Shown here: one piece after another, positions 1-7,988 of the stretch
How the letters are laid out: every line of letters starts with the position of its first letter
Position numbering within the stretch: the first letter of the stretch is position 1
Assembly: GCA_041663445.1 (NCBI GenBank)
Contig: JBAYMR010000001.1
Span: 47,393 to 111,392, forward strand
Direction of reading: 5' to 3'
Origin: Candidatus Micrarchaeia archaeon
Lineage (GTDB): Archaea; Micrarchaeota; Micrarchaeia; Anstonellales; Anstonellaceae
Length of the DNA: 64,000 nucleotides
Translations under genes and position numbers: made by a program
The notes under the pieces: model-generated
What the model was told of the DNA's origin: nothing
The model's input: the letters and a program-made list of their open reading frames with translations, nothing else
The model's database searches: none

Positions 1-1
1 G

Positions 2-451
2 GAGTATCGGGACGGGATGAACCTGAACATCATCGAATGCGCGACAGCGGGGGACTCTGCGCACTGCTACCGCTCCTCGCCGGTTGTCTTCTCAAAATAT
101 GCAGGCTATTGCTTCTGGCCGCGCTCAAGCGAGCACTCGTTCGGCTGCGCAGCGCTGCTTTCATCGGAATTCAATGTGCGCTGCTTCAACTCGGGAAAAC
201 TGGCGCGCTGCTTCGAGGTTGATTTCTCGCGCGATTGCTCGGGCTGCTACTACTGCCACAACATCGAGAATTGCACCGACTGCATGTTCTGCTTCAACGC
301 GAAGAACCTCCGCTACGCGGTTGGCAATGTGGAAGTGGGGCGCGAGAGGTTCATGAAGGCAAAGGAGGCGCTGCTGAAGCAGGCCGGGCAGGAATTGGAA
401 ACGAAAAAGAGCCTGCGCTGGAGCATTTACAATATCGGCGGAAGAGAATAG
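2..451 (+). CDS. Cys-rich repeat protein (CPR/DPANN family), 5'-partial
   Basis: Frame is open from the window edge; contains repeated CxxCxxC motifs (DCSGCYYCHNIENCTDCMFCFN). Paralog of 36308..37891. Confidence 0.7.
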   Translation, partial: EYRDGMNLNIIECATAGDSAHCYRSSPVVFSKYAGYCFWPRSSEHSFGCAALLSSEFNVRCFNSGKLARCFEVDFSRDCSGCYYCHNIENCTDCMFCFNAKNLRYAVGNVEVGRERFMKAKEALLKQAGQELETKKSLRWSIYNIGGRE

Positions 452-3211
452 CTACTTTTTCCTGGTTTTGCTTTTTGCCGCTGCCTTTTTGGCAGGCGCC
501 CCTTTGCTTGCAGGCGCTTTTGCCCTGGAAGCCTTGGGCATGGCGGCGGCTGGCGATGGCGCCTCTTCTTTCTCAGGCTCAGGCACGTCATCTTCGGGCA
601 TGGAAACGGCGGGCGTGCGCTCGCGTGCGCGCGCGGCGGCCTTTTCGCGTATGCGCGCAAGCTTTTCGGCAAGCGACGCGTCCTCGTCCGCCTCTTTTTG
701 CAGCGGGGAGCGCCCTTCGGGCGCGCTTTCCTCCTGCCCTTCATCGGCAGGCGCATCTGCCTTCGCTTTTGCGCGCCTGCCCCTGCGCGCGGCGGGCTTT
801 TCTTCTTCAGGCTCTTCAGGCTCCTGCACCGGCTCGTATTCAGGCATGTAAATGGGCTTGTGCTTGTGCGGCTTTGCCTTCTTTGGCGCGGGCGCCTCCT
901 CTTCATCGCCAGGAGATTCATCGCCTGCTGGCGTCGCTTCCCCATCAGTAGGCGCTTCCTCGTCTTCGGATGGAACGCCTTCCTCGTTTGAGGGGGCTTC
1001 TTCCCCGCTTTCTTCCGAAGGCGCTTCGGCATCTTCATTGCGAGGCGCGGGCTCTTCGTTCTCCGGCTCTTCCTTGTATGCGGGGTCTTCGTCAAGCGCA
1101 AGCTCCTTTTCCTTCTCAGCGATGTCGTTCTCGCTCTCCTCTTCCTCGTGCGGCTCCTCGCCGTCTTGGAGCTTGATGGGCGAATCGTCCTCGAGCTTCA
1201 TGCCCATGAGCTCGTCGCGGGGCTCGCCCTGCTTTTTTTCTTCGCCCTCATCGCCGCGCCCTTCCCTTTCCTCGTCATCACGTTCTTCCCTGTAAATCCT
1301 GGGCGGCTGCGGCGCAGGGGCGCCATAATGCACGTTGTAGCTTGCAGATGACTGCGATGCGCCGGTGGATTGCGAGTAGGCATTTCCCTGGCGGGGAGCC
1401 TGGCGCTCAGGCTCGTTGCCCGCAGGCGGGCGCACATTGCCCGACCCGTATTGCGCCGGGGGCTTGCCGCCCGAATCGCCGGTGTCATGCGAGGCGTCCA
1501 TCTGGGACAGCTCCATGGAGGGCTTGTAGCCCCAGCGGGCGACGTCAACCACGTGGAGCTTCATGGGAAGGATGTATTTCTTGCCGTCGAAAAGGCGGAC
1601 GATGCACTCGCGCTGGTGCAGGCGGACGAACATTTCCTTCTTGCTCTCCTCAAGCTCGGTCTGCGTGCGCGCCTTCTTGAACGATTCCTCTATCTTGATT
1701 TCCATTATCGAGGAAATCATGGTGGCGTCCTGCCTGTTGAGCTTGAATGAGACGATGTTCCTTATGTTAGACACGATGCTGTCGTGCACCTCCTTCGTCA
1801 TCTGCCCGAGGTACTGCATGGAAAGGTAGGCATAGAGGTTGAACTTGCGCGTCTCGGAGAGGATGTCCTTCACCACCTTGGTCTCCACGCGCTGGAACTC
1901 GTCCATCACGAGGATGGTGGGCGTGTCGAGCTTCTCGGTGATTGCGAGGATGTACATCTGGTTTATCACGGCGCCGGCCAGGAAGTTTATCATGCGCTTG
2001 CCGAAGAAGTTGGGGTTGAAGGAAATCACGGTGACGTTGTTCTTGCGGATGAGGTTGAGGAGGTCCTCCTTCTTCTTGTCCCCGCCAAGGTAAAGCTCGT
2101 ATTCGCCCACGAAGTTGAGGACGGGCAATATGGCGTCGTTGAAGTGGTGGATGTAGATGTCATTGAACTCCTCGTCGAAGAAGCGCTTTATCTCGTCGTT
2201 CTCGACGGAGGAGACGAATTCCGCGCGCTTGGAAGAGTCCGTGAGCAGGAGGGAGACGTTCTTCAGGTTCATGGCGTCAATTGAGGAAAGCAGGTGCACG
2301 GCGTAGAACAGCACGCGCTCGGAGTATTGGTTGTCCCCGCCTATCGCGGAGGAGAGGAGCTGCGAGATGAGCTGCGTCATCAGGGGCGTCTTGTTCCCGC
2401 CTACGTCCAGGGGCTCGATGTAGTTGTGCACGAGGTCCACGATGTAGTCGTCCGGGAACATGCGCACGAACTCCCCGTGCGGGTCAATCATCACTATGCG
2501 GACGTTGCTGCCGTATTTCGCCTGGATGGATTTTATGAGCGCGAAAAGCCCCTTGCTTTTCCCAGTGCCGGACGCGCCTATCACCAGCGTGTGCTGGAAG
2601 ATGTCGAAGTTGTCCACGCCCACGCTTATGCCAGTTTCCTCGAACACCGGGTACCGGGAGGTTACCGACATGCGCTTGGGGATGGGGTCAAGTATCTCTA
2701 TGTACACCGCGGGGTTCTTTTCCAGGTCAACCTCGAAAAAGCGCTCGGGCGAGGTGGAGATGACCACGCTTTTCCTGCCCCGCTCGTCAACCGCGGTGCC
2801 GAAACCCAGCGTTTTCCCAAGCACCCTCCACATCTTCAGGTCAACCTCCAGGATGCGCTCCTTCAGCGCAAGGGAGAGGAAGTCCTGCCCGCCCCCGAGG
2901 AAATAGAATTTCGGGAACGGGAAGAGGCTGCCCTTTTCCTTCTCGAGCAGGATTGGCTCGGACACCTTGTAGGGGAAAACGAGCATGGACATGTCCGCAA
3001 GCCCCTTCCTCTCGCGCGCGAAGAACTGCACGGTGTTTATCTTGCGCTTGGTGATGACGTTTATGAAATTGGGGGAGAAGAAGTCGCGGAAGTCAATGAA
3101 CCCCAGGAACGGCATAGTGGACTTGAGAATCTGGTTGAAGAGGTTCCTCACGTCCGACTCCTTTATCTTTTCAGAGTAAAGGAGAAGTTCGCGCGCTTTC
3201 ACGTTTGCCAT
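452..3211 (-). CDS. HerA/VirB4/VirD4(TrwB)-like P-loop ATPase with long disordered acidic then Lys/Ala-rich C-terminal tail
   Basis: HTLVIGASGTGKS (Walker A), IDPHGE, LVMDEFQ (Walker B), ILSETRKF, MQYLGQ; roughly the last 350 aa are low complexity. Confidence 0.8.
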   Translation of the reverse strand: MANVKARELLLYSEKIKESDVRNLFNQILKSTMPFLGFIDFRDFFSPNFINVITKRKINTVQFFARERKGLADMSMLVFPYKVSEPILLEKEKGSLFPFPKFYFLGGGQDFLSLALKERILEVDLKMWRVLGKTLGFGTAVDERGRKSVVISTSPERFFEVDLEKNPAVYIEILDPIPKRMSVTSRYPVFEETGISVGVDNFDIFQHTLVIGASGTGKSKGLFALIKSIQAKYGSNVRIVMIDPHGEFVRMFPDDYIVDLVHNYIEPLDVGGNKTPLMTQLISQLLSSAIGGDNQYSERVLFYAVHLLSSIDAMNLKNVSLLLTDSSKRAEFVSSVENDEIKRFFDEEFNDIYIHHFNDAILPVLNFVGEYELYLGGDKKKEDLLNLIRKNNVTVISFNPNFFGKRMINFLAGAVINQMYILAITEKLDTPTILVMDEFQRVETKVVKDILSETRKFNLYAYLSMQYLGQMTKEVHDSIVSNIRNIVSFKLNRQDATMISSIMEIKIEESFKKARTQTELEESKKEMFVRLHQRECIVRLFDGKKYILPMKLHVVDVARWGYKPSMELSQMDASHDTGDSGGKPPAQYGSGNVRPPAGNEPERQAPRQGNAYSQSTGASQSSASYNVHYGAPAPQPPRIYREERDDEEREGRGDEGEEKKQGEPRDELMGMKLEDDSPIKLQDGEEPHEEEESENDIAEKEKELALDEDPAYKEEPENEEPAPRNEDAEAPSEESGEEAPSNEEGVPSEDEEAPTDGEATPAGDESPGDEEEAPAPKKAKPHKHKPIYMPEYEPVQEPEEPEEEKPAARRGRRAKAKADAPADEGQEESAPEGRSPLQKEADEDASLAEKLARIREKAAARARERTPAVSMPEDDVPEPEKEEAPSPAAAMPKASRAKAPASKGAPAKKAAAKSKTRKK

Positions 3212-3273
3212 TCAATGCCCCGTGACAGCACCTTTGCCACGCATTATTAATAAACGTTATAGAGATGCGAGGC

Positions 3274-4083
3274 TCACTTCCGCTTGAAGAGCCAGTACCA
3301 GAGCGCGGCAACGAACACGAGCCGCAGCGCAACGCTCACAAACCCGCGCTGCAGGCCGAACACCTCGATTTGGGGGATGGATATCAGCATGGGGTGGATG
3401 CCGAAGCCGAAAATCCCGAACGTGACCGCGTCCCAAAGCGCGTGCCCGACAGCGCCGGGGGCGATTGCGCCGGACTTGAGCCTTATCAGCCCCCAGACCA
3501 TCCCGTCCAGGAGCACGCCCGCAAGAAACACCGGCATCATGTTGGCGGACACCATGTAGTCAGGGTCTATGAAAAAGAGGGGGATGTGCCACATGCAGTA
3601 GGCAAACGACGTGAAAATCACGACTTCCTTTGCACCGATTTTTTTCCCCTCCATGAAGCCAAAAAGCCAGCCGCGGAAGAAAAGCCCGGTGGTGAAAAAG
3701 TTCAGCACTATGAAGATGACGAACATGCCTGCGAACGAATATGCCTGGTCAACGGACAGTATGGGGTTCAGGTCCTCGCCGGTCAGCACCATCACGGCCA
3801 CCACCCCGGCAAGTATGCAGAGCGGATATGCGACTGCGATTGCGTAGTCCTGCAGGCTGCCGAGGCAGAAGCCCATTTTTTCCTTTCCGAGCCTGGAAAC
3901 GAACAGCCAGAGCGCGGCGGCCAGGAAGAACAGCCCGCCGGTATACCACGACGGGTCGCTGAAGGCGAATGCAAGAAGGCTGCAGACCGCCAATGAGGCC
4001 AATGCCCAGAAAGCCGGGAAGGCGTATTTTGACAGCGGGGATATTGATTGCTTGCCGGATGCCTGCTTGTTGCGCTTAGCCAT
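3274..4083 (-). CDS. CPBP/Abi (CAAX type II) family intramembrane protease-like protein
   Basis: Multiple TM helices; FFRG, FAYCMWH and HALWD motifs (the catalytic EE is replaced by TG). Confidence 0.75.
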   Translation of the reverse strand: MAKRNKQASGKQSISPLSKYAFPAFWALASLAVCSLLAFAFSDPSWYTGGLFFLAAALWLFVSRLGKEKMGFCLGSLQDYAIAVAYPLCILAGVVAVMVLTGEDLNPILSVDQAYSFAGMFVIFIVLNFFTTGLFFRGWLFGFMEGKKIGAKEVVIFTSFAYCMWHIPLFFIDPDYMVSANMMPVFLAGVLLDGMVWGLIRLKSGAIAPGAVGHALWDAVTFGIFGFGIHPMLISIPQIEVFGLQRGFVSVALRLVFVAALWYWLFKRK

Positions 4084-4093
4084 ATGCCCACCC

Positions 4094-4540
4094 TTATGAA
4101 TACCTGCCCAATACGTTTTTCGTCCCGCGCTGCACGCCCGCCACCCCGAAGGGGGAGGTGTAGGTTATGTTCAGTGAAAAGTCATAGTATGCCCCTGCCG
4201 TGCCCGCCTGGGCCCCGCTGAACCGCAAGGTCTTCGTCTCGCCCGGCCCGAAAGTGGTGGCAGTGGTGTAGGCGCCGCTTGAGATGCTCAGGCGCGTCAT
4301 CGTGTATGTGCCTATGGCGTCCTTGTTCTGGACCACCAGCGTCACCGTGCCGTTTGCAAGCACGGTGCGCTCAAGGATGCCGAAAGGCCGCGCCTGCCCG
4401 CGCCAGTATTCGTCGGACTGCGAGATTTTCGCGTCCGATGTCACGCTGGGCACAAAGCCCACGAGGGATACGCCTATCAGCGCCACAAGGAGCACGACGG
4501 CCATTATGACGAGATATTCAGTGGCCCCTTGCGCGCGCAT
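4094..4540 (-). CDS. Archaeal pilin-like protein, class III signal peptide
   Basis: MRAQGATEYLVIMAVVLLVALI; start reassigned to the ATG at 4540; paralog of 32873..33358. Confidence 0.85.
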   Translation of the reverse strand: MRAQGATEYLVIMAVVLLVALIGVSLVGFVPSVTSDAKISQSDEYWRGQARPFGILERTVLANGTVTLVVQNKDAIGTYTMTRLSISSGAYTTATTFGPGETKTLRFSGAQAGTAGAYYDFSLNITYTSPFGVAGVQRGTKNVLGRYS

Positions 4541-4643
4541 TACAAAACCCGATGCCAACAAAAACACCTTCTGGTTCGGACGATTGGCACGCAACTTTTA
4601 TATTCGTTGCACTGGGCAGGGGGGATTGGAAAGAAGAAACAGG

Positions 4644-4686
4644 GCGGGATTGCAGGATTTTGCCCGAACCCCAACATGCAGGTTTT
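4644..4686 (-). repeat. Degenerate copy of the tRNA-Trp 3' exon with about 5 extra nt in the T-loop
   Basis: Minus strand AAAACCTGCATGTTGGGGTTC-GGGCA-AAATCCTGCAATCCCGC versus tRNA AAAACCTGCATGTTAGGGTTCAAATCCCTACGATCCCAC. Confidence 0.75.
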
Positions 4687-4687
4687 T

Positions 4688-4779
4688 AGTGGGATCGTAG
4701 GGATTTGCGTCGTTGCCGCTTCGCGACAACTTTGCATCCAAAAGCTTTGCTTTTGTCTGACCCCTAACATGCAGGTTTT
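4688..4779 (-). repeat. Near-perfect copy of the tRNA-Trp 3' exon with a 52-nt two-hairpin insert (4708-4759) in the T-loop
   Basis: Flanks match the tRNA 3' exon with one mismatch; insert hairpins are CAAAAGC-AAA-GCTTTTG and GTTGTCGC-GAA-GCGGCAAC. Confidence 0.9.
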
Positions 4780-4782
4780 CAG

Positions 4783-4878
4783 TGGGATCGTAGGGATTTG
4801 AACCCTAACATGCAGGTTTTTTCTTTCCCCGAAGGGAGATCTGGAGCCTGCCGCGCTACCAAGTTACGCCACGACCCC
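4783..4878 (-). tRNA. tRNA-Trp(CCA) with a 23-nt intron at 37/38 (4818-4840)
   Basis: Folded by hand: acceptor GGGGTCG/CGATCCC, anticodon arm GCAGG-CTCCAG|A-CCTGC, T-arm TAGGG-TTCAAAT-CCCTA. Confidence 0.93.
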
Positions 4879-4980
4879 CTATTTAACTACTTTTTACCAC
4901 ATAATTTCCGCCCTGACCCGCCGCTCTCTTCCGGCGGTGCCGCAATGGCTTATTATAGCGCTCGGTTTTTTAAATCAGCT

Positions 4981-5121
4981 TCAGCGTTTTGGAATGCTGA
5001 ATTTTTCAGCCCCAGGCTTGAGCCGGACAACCAGGGCATCATTCTCTTCCCCGGCCTCAAGGTCATTCCAGTTCTCGTTTATAGCGATTCTCAGGCAGTC
5101 CAGCCTCACATCAAAGCCCAT
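4981..5121 (-). CDS. Small hypothetical protein (46 aa, MGFDVRLDCLRIAINENWNDLEAGEENDALVVRLKPGAEKFSIPKR)
   Basis: Strong SD GGAGGTGA 4 nt before the ATG; shorter than any ORF in the supplied track. Confidence 0.55.
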   Translation of the reverse strand: MGFDVRLDCLRIAINENWNDLEAGEENDALVVRLKPGAEKFSIPKR

Positions 5122-5216
5122 CGAATCACCTCCGGTAGGTGTTTATCGTGGTTCACTCCAAATTCTATGCCGAAACAGACTGCCCAATCCGCACTTAACA
5201 CTCAGGAAATGGAAGT

Positions 5217-5441
5217 TCAATCCAGCTTCGGGAACGTTTGCTTGCTCTTGAACACTTCGTAGGTCGGCTTCAGCGCCGCAAGCACGAATACCAGCGCATA
5301 CCATGACCAGTCAAGCGAAAGAAGCGGCGGCCAAAGCTTTGCCAGCAAAAGCGCAAGGAAGAAAACGCTGATCTTCACCAGCCCCACGTCAAGCGCGCTC
5401 ATTTTCTTTGCCTTCGCATCCGCCCATTTCCAAAAGCCCAT
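5217..5441 (-). CDS. Small two-TM membrane protein
   Basis: SD AGGTGA then MGFWKWAD..., followed by two hydrophobic helices. Confidence 0.7.
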   Translation of the reverse strand: MGFWKWADAKAKKMSALDVGLVKISVFFLALLLAKLWPPLLSLDWSWYALVFVLAALKPTYEVFKSKQTFPKLD

Positions 5442-5506
5442 GCGCTCACCTTGATTGAGTTTTTGCCAAGAAGCTTTTACCTCTTGCGGTCGAGCCCGTT
5501 GCCGCG

Positions 5507-6478
5507 CTATCCCTGCGGGAAATAGCAGAACCTGTATTCCTTCACTATTCGCACCCATGCCTGCGCGCTCATTATCCTGTGGAAGCGCCTCACCACGGAC
5601 TGCGTGATTTCGCGCACCTCGCGCTCGCCGCTCGCGCGCACGTCGTACATCAGCTCGTACTCCGACACTATGCGCATGACGCGGCGCACCTGCGGCATGG
5701 AAAGCAGGAAGGAGGAAACTGCGCGCACGTTCTCATCCGTGGGTGCTGACAGGTTGAGGAGCACGCGGTAGTGGCGGAAGCCCTCCATCTCGCTCCCCAG
5801 GTTTATGGTATAGCCCCTGATTATCTTGCGCTCCTGAAGCGACTTGAGGTGGTAGCGCGCAGTTTCGGGCGGCATGCCAGTTCGCTTCCCAAGGTCAGAA
5901 TAGGAGATGCGCGTGTTGCTGGCAACCGCGGAAAGGATTTCCCTGTCCTTCTGGCTTATCCTTTCCTGGCTGCGCTGCACGCCAAGCGTCACGGGATGCT
6001 TGGGCGAATCGGAGCTGCTGGAAAATGCGCGCGGCACCACGGTGGTCGTGCTCAGATGTACTGCCCAGTGCATGGATTGCACAATGCCCCGTAGGATGCG
6101 GTGCAGCCTCAGGCTTTTCCTGGCAAGGTCCGCGGTCCCTTCGCTTGCAATGCTCAGGGAAAGGTCCCACTCTCCCTCGCACTTCAAAAGCGAGAGGACG
6201 CCAAGCGAGAGAAGCTCGGATGCCACCTGCTTCTCCTTTCTGGTCGACACCGGCTTGAGCTTGAAGTTGAAGATATGGACGCCGTAGCCGACGCGTTCGC
6301 AGTCGATGAGCGCGGCAAACGAGCCGATGCTTCCGTGTGCAAGCAGCGAGGCTATGCGGCTCGAGGCGTTCTGCTTTGACACGCGGGCACTTGCCGCAAT
6401 CCTGGAAATCGGCTGGCGGCTGTCGCAGAGCAGCTGCGCAAGGATTTTGCGGTCTGTGGCGCTAAGTTCCCCTCCCAT
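5507..6478 (-). CDS. Lrp/AsnC family regulator with duplicated HTH+RAM modules
   Basis: DRKILAQLLCDSRQPISRIA and DREILSAVASNTRISYSDLG, each followed by an ACT-like domain. Confidence 0.85.
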   Translation of the reverse strand: MGGELSATDRKILAQLLCDSRQPISRIAASARVSKQNASSRIASLLAHGSIGSFAALIDCERVGYGVHIFNFKLKPVSTRKEKQVASELLSLGVLSLLKCEGEWDLSLSIASEGTADLARKSLRLHRILRGIVQSMHWAVHLSTTTVVPRAFSSSSDSPKHPVTLGVQRSQERISQKDREILSAVASNTRISYSDLGKRTGMPPETARYHLKSLQERKIIRGYTINLGSEMEGFRHYRVLLNLSAPTDENVRAVSSFLLSMPQVRRVMRIVSEYELMYDVRASGEREVREITQSVVRRFHRIMSAQAWVRIVKEYRFCYFPQG

Positions 6479-6905
6479 GCTTGACTTCCAGCAATATAAT
6501 TAAAAAAAGTTGCCATCTGTCAAGCATTTCACCCCGGAACTGCTTTTAGGGGCAGGCGAGAGTATCTACTTGGTGGGCGCAATGGGCATAGAGTGCGCGG
6601 CAAAGAGCGACAGGCGCGGACTAGGCACGCCTGCCCGGGCCTTTTTGCAAATAGTCGCCGCAAGGAAGCGAGGATGCAGCATAAGCACAGACTTCTTCGC
6701 GTGTGGGCATGCATAGGGAAAAGACCGACTGAAGACGACTGCAATGCTGTCCAGCCCCTCGCGCGTGCCCATGCGCCTGCCACCTCCAACTAACAATGAG
6801 GAAATCAAATGGGCGTACGAAACATTGCAACCAAGAATGCGGATCAAACTGGGAAGAAGTTGACATGTACCGCATAATCTGGTATTATTTCTAAATGGTG
6901 ATTTA

Positions 6906-7988
6906 TTGGAAAATGAAATTGTTGCACAGGCGGCAGGATTTGACGCGGGCAGCCTGCTGCCTTTCCTGCTGGCGCTTGCTGTTGCGCTTGTCGCGGCAAA
7001 AGTTGCAAACGCCCTGGTGAAAAAGGCGGCGAAAATGCTCGTTGGCAGGACAAAGACAAAACTGGATGATTTCCTGCTTGAAGCGCTTGACCTGCCGCTT
7101 ACGATATTCTTCACAGGTGTTGGCATATATGCTGCCGCTTTTCTTGCTGGGCTGGACACGCATCCCCTTTTCGGGTTTGCCGCAAAGGAGTTTGTGATAT
7201 TGGCGGGCGCTTATGCCGTGTATCAAGCGTTTTCAGCGCTGCTGCGCTGGTATGTGGAAGAGGCTGCAGCTGCAAGGAACCTGCCCTTGGCGGACCTCCA
7301 GTCCACGCTGCGCAGGGTGGGCGCGCTTTTCATCTTCTCGATTGCAGTCATAATGGCTCTGGACACTGCAGGCATCGAAGTGAACCCGCTTATCGCCTCG
7401 CTTGGCATCGCAGGCCTTGCCGTGGCGCTTGCCTTCCAGGACACGCTTGGCAACTTTTTTGCAGGCATCACTATTTCCGCAGACAGGCCGGTGCGCGAAG
7501 GGGACTACGTGCAGGTGGAGGGCGGCTATGAGGGATATGTACACAAGATAGGCTGGAGAAGCACGCAGATTCGCGCGCTTGCCAACAACATCGTGGTGGT
7601 GCCAAACTCCAAGCTTGCAGCAAGCATCATCACCAACTACTATGCTCCCGACAAGTCGCTCGCAGTCATTGTGCCAGTGTCAGTTGCATACAGTTCTGAC
7701 CTGAAAAAGGTGGAGCGCATCACCTGCCAGGTGGCATCTGATGCCCAGAAAAGGGTAAAGGGAGCATCGAAGGACTTCGAGCCTTTCATACGCTATGGGG
7801 CATTTGGCGATTCCGGCATATCCTTCAGCGCCATCCTCCGCGCGAATGAGTATGTTGACAGGTACCTGCTCACGCACGAGTTCATCAAGGCGCTGCACGC
7901 GCGCTATGCAAAGGAAGGCATCGAAATACCGTATCCCAAGCGGCACGTGTATGTGGAAAATCTGGGCAAGCGGAGGGGAATGAAGTGA
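6906..7988 (+). CDS. mscS: Small-conductance mechanosensitive channel
   Basis: ASLGIAGLAVALAFQDTLGNFFAG, GDYVQV, IGWRSTQIR, VVPNSKL. Confidence 0.92.
   Translation: MENEIVAQAAGFDAGSLLPFLLALAVALVAAKVANALVKKAAKMLVGRTKTKLDDFLLEALDLPLTIFFTGVGIYAAAFLAGLDTHPLFGFAAKEFVILAGAYAVYQAFSALLRWYVEEAAAARNLPLADLQSTLRRVGALFIFSIAVIMALDTAGIEVNPLIASLGIAGLAVALAFQDTLGNFFAGITISADRPVREGDYVQVEGGYEGYVHKIGWRSTQIRALANNIVVVPNSKLAASIITNYYAPDKSLAVIVPVSVAYSSDLKKVERITCQVASDAQKRVKGASKDFEPFIRYGAFGDSGISFSAILRANEYVDRYLLTHEFIKALHARYAKEGIEIPYPKRHVYVENLGKRRGMK

Noticed and set aside
4644..4820. CRISPR array suggested by recurring CCTAACATGCAGGTTTT / GTGGGATCGTAGGGATTTG
   Set aside because: The repeats are tRNA-Trp 3' exon copies with irregular spacing, no unique equal-length spacers and no adjacent cas genes.
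6510..6875. Several short ORFs between the Lrp gene and mscS
   Set aside because: No convincing SD, motif or consistent frame.
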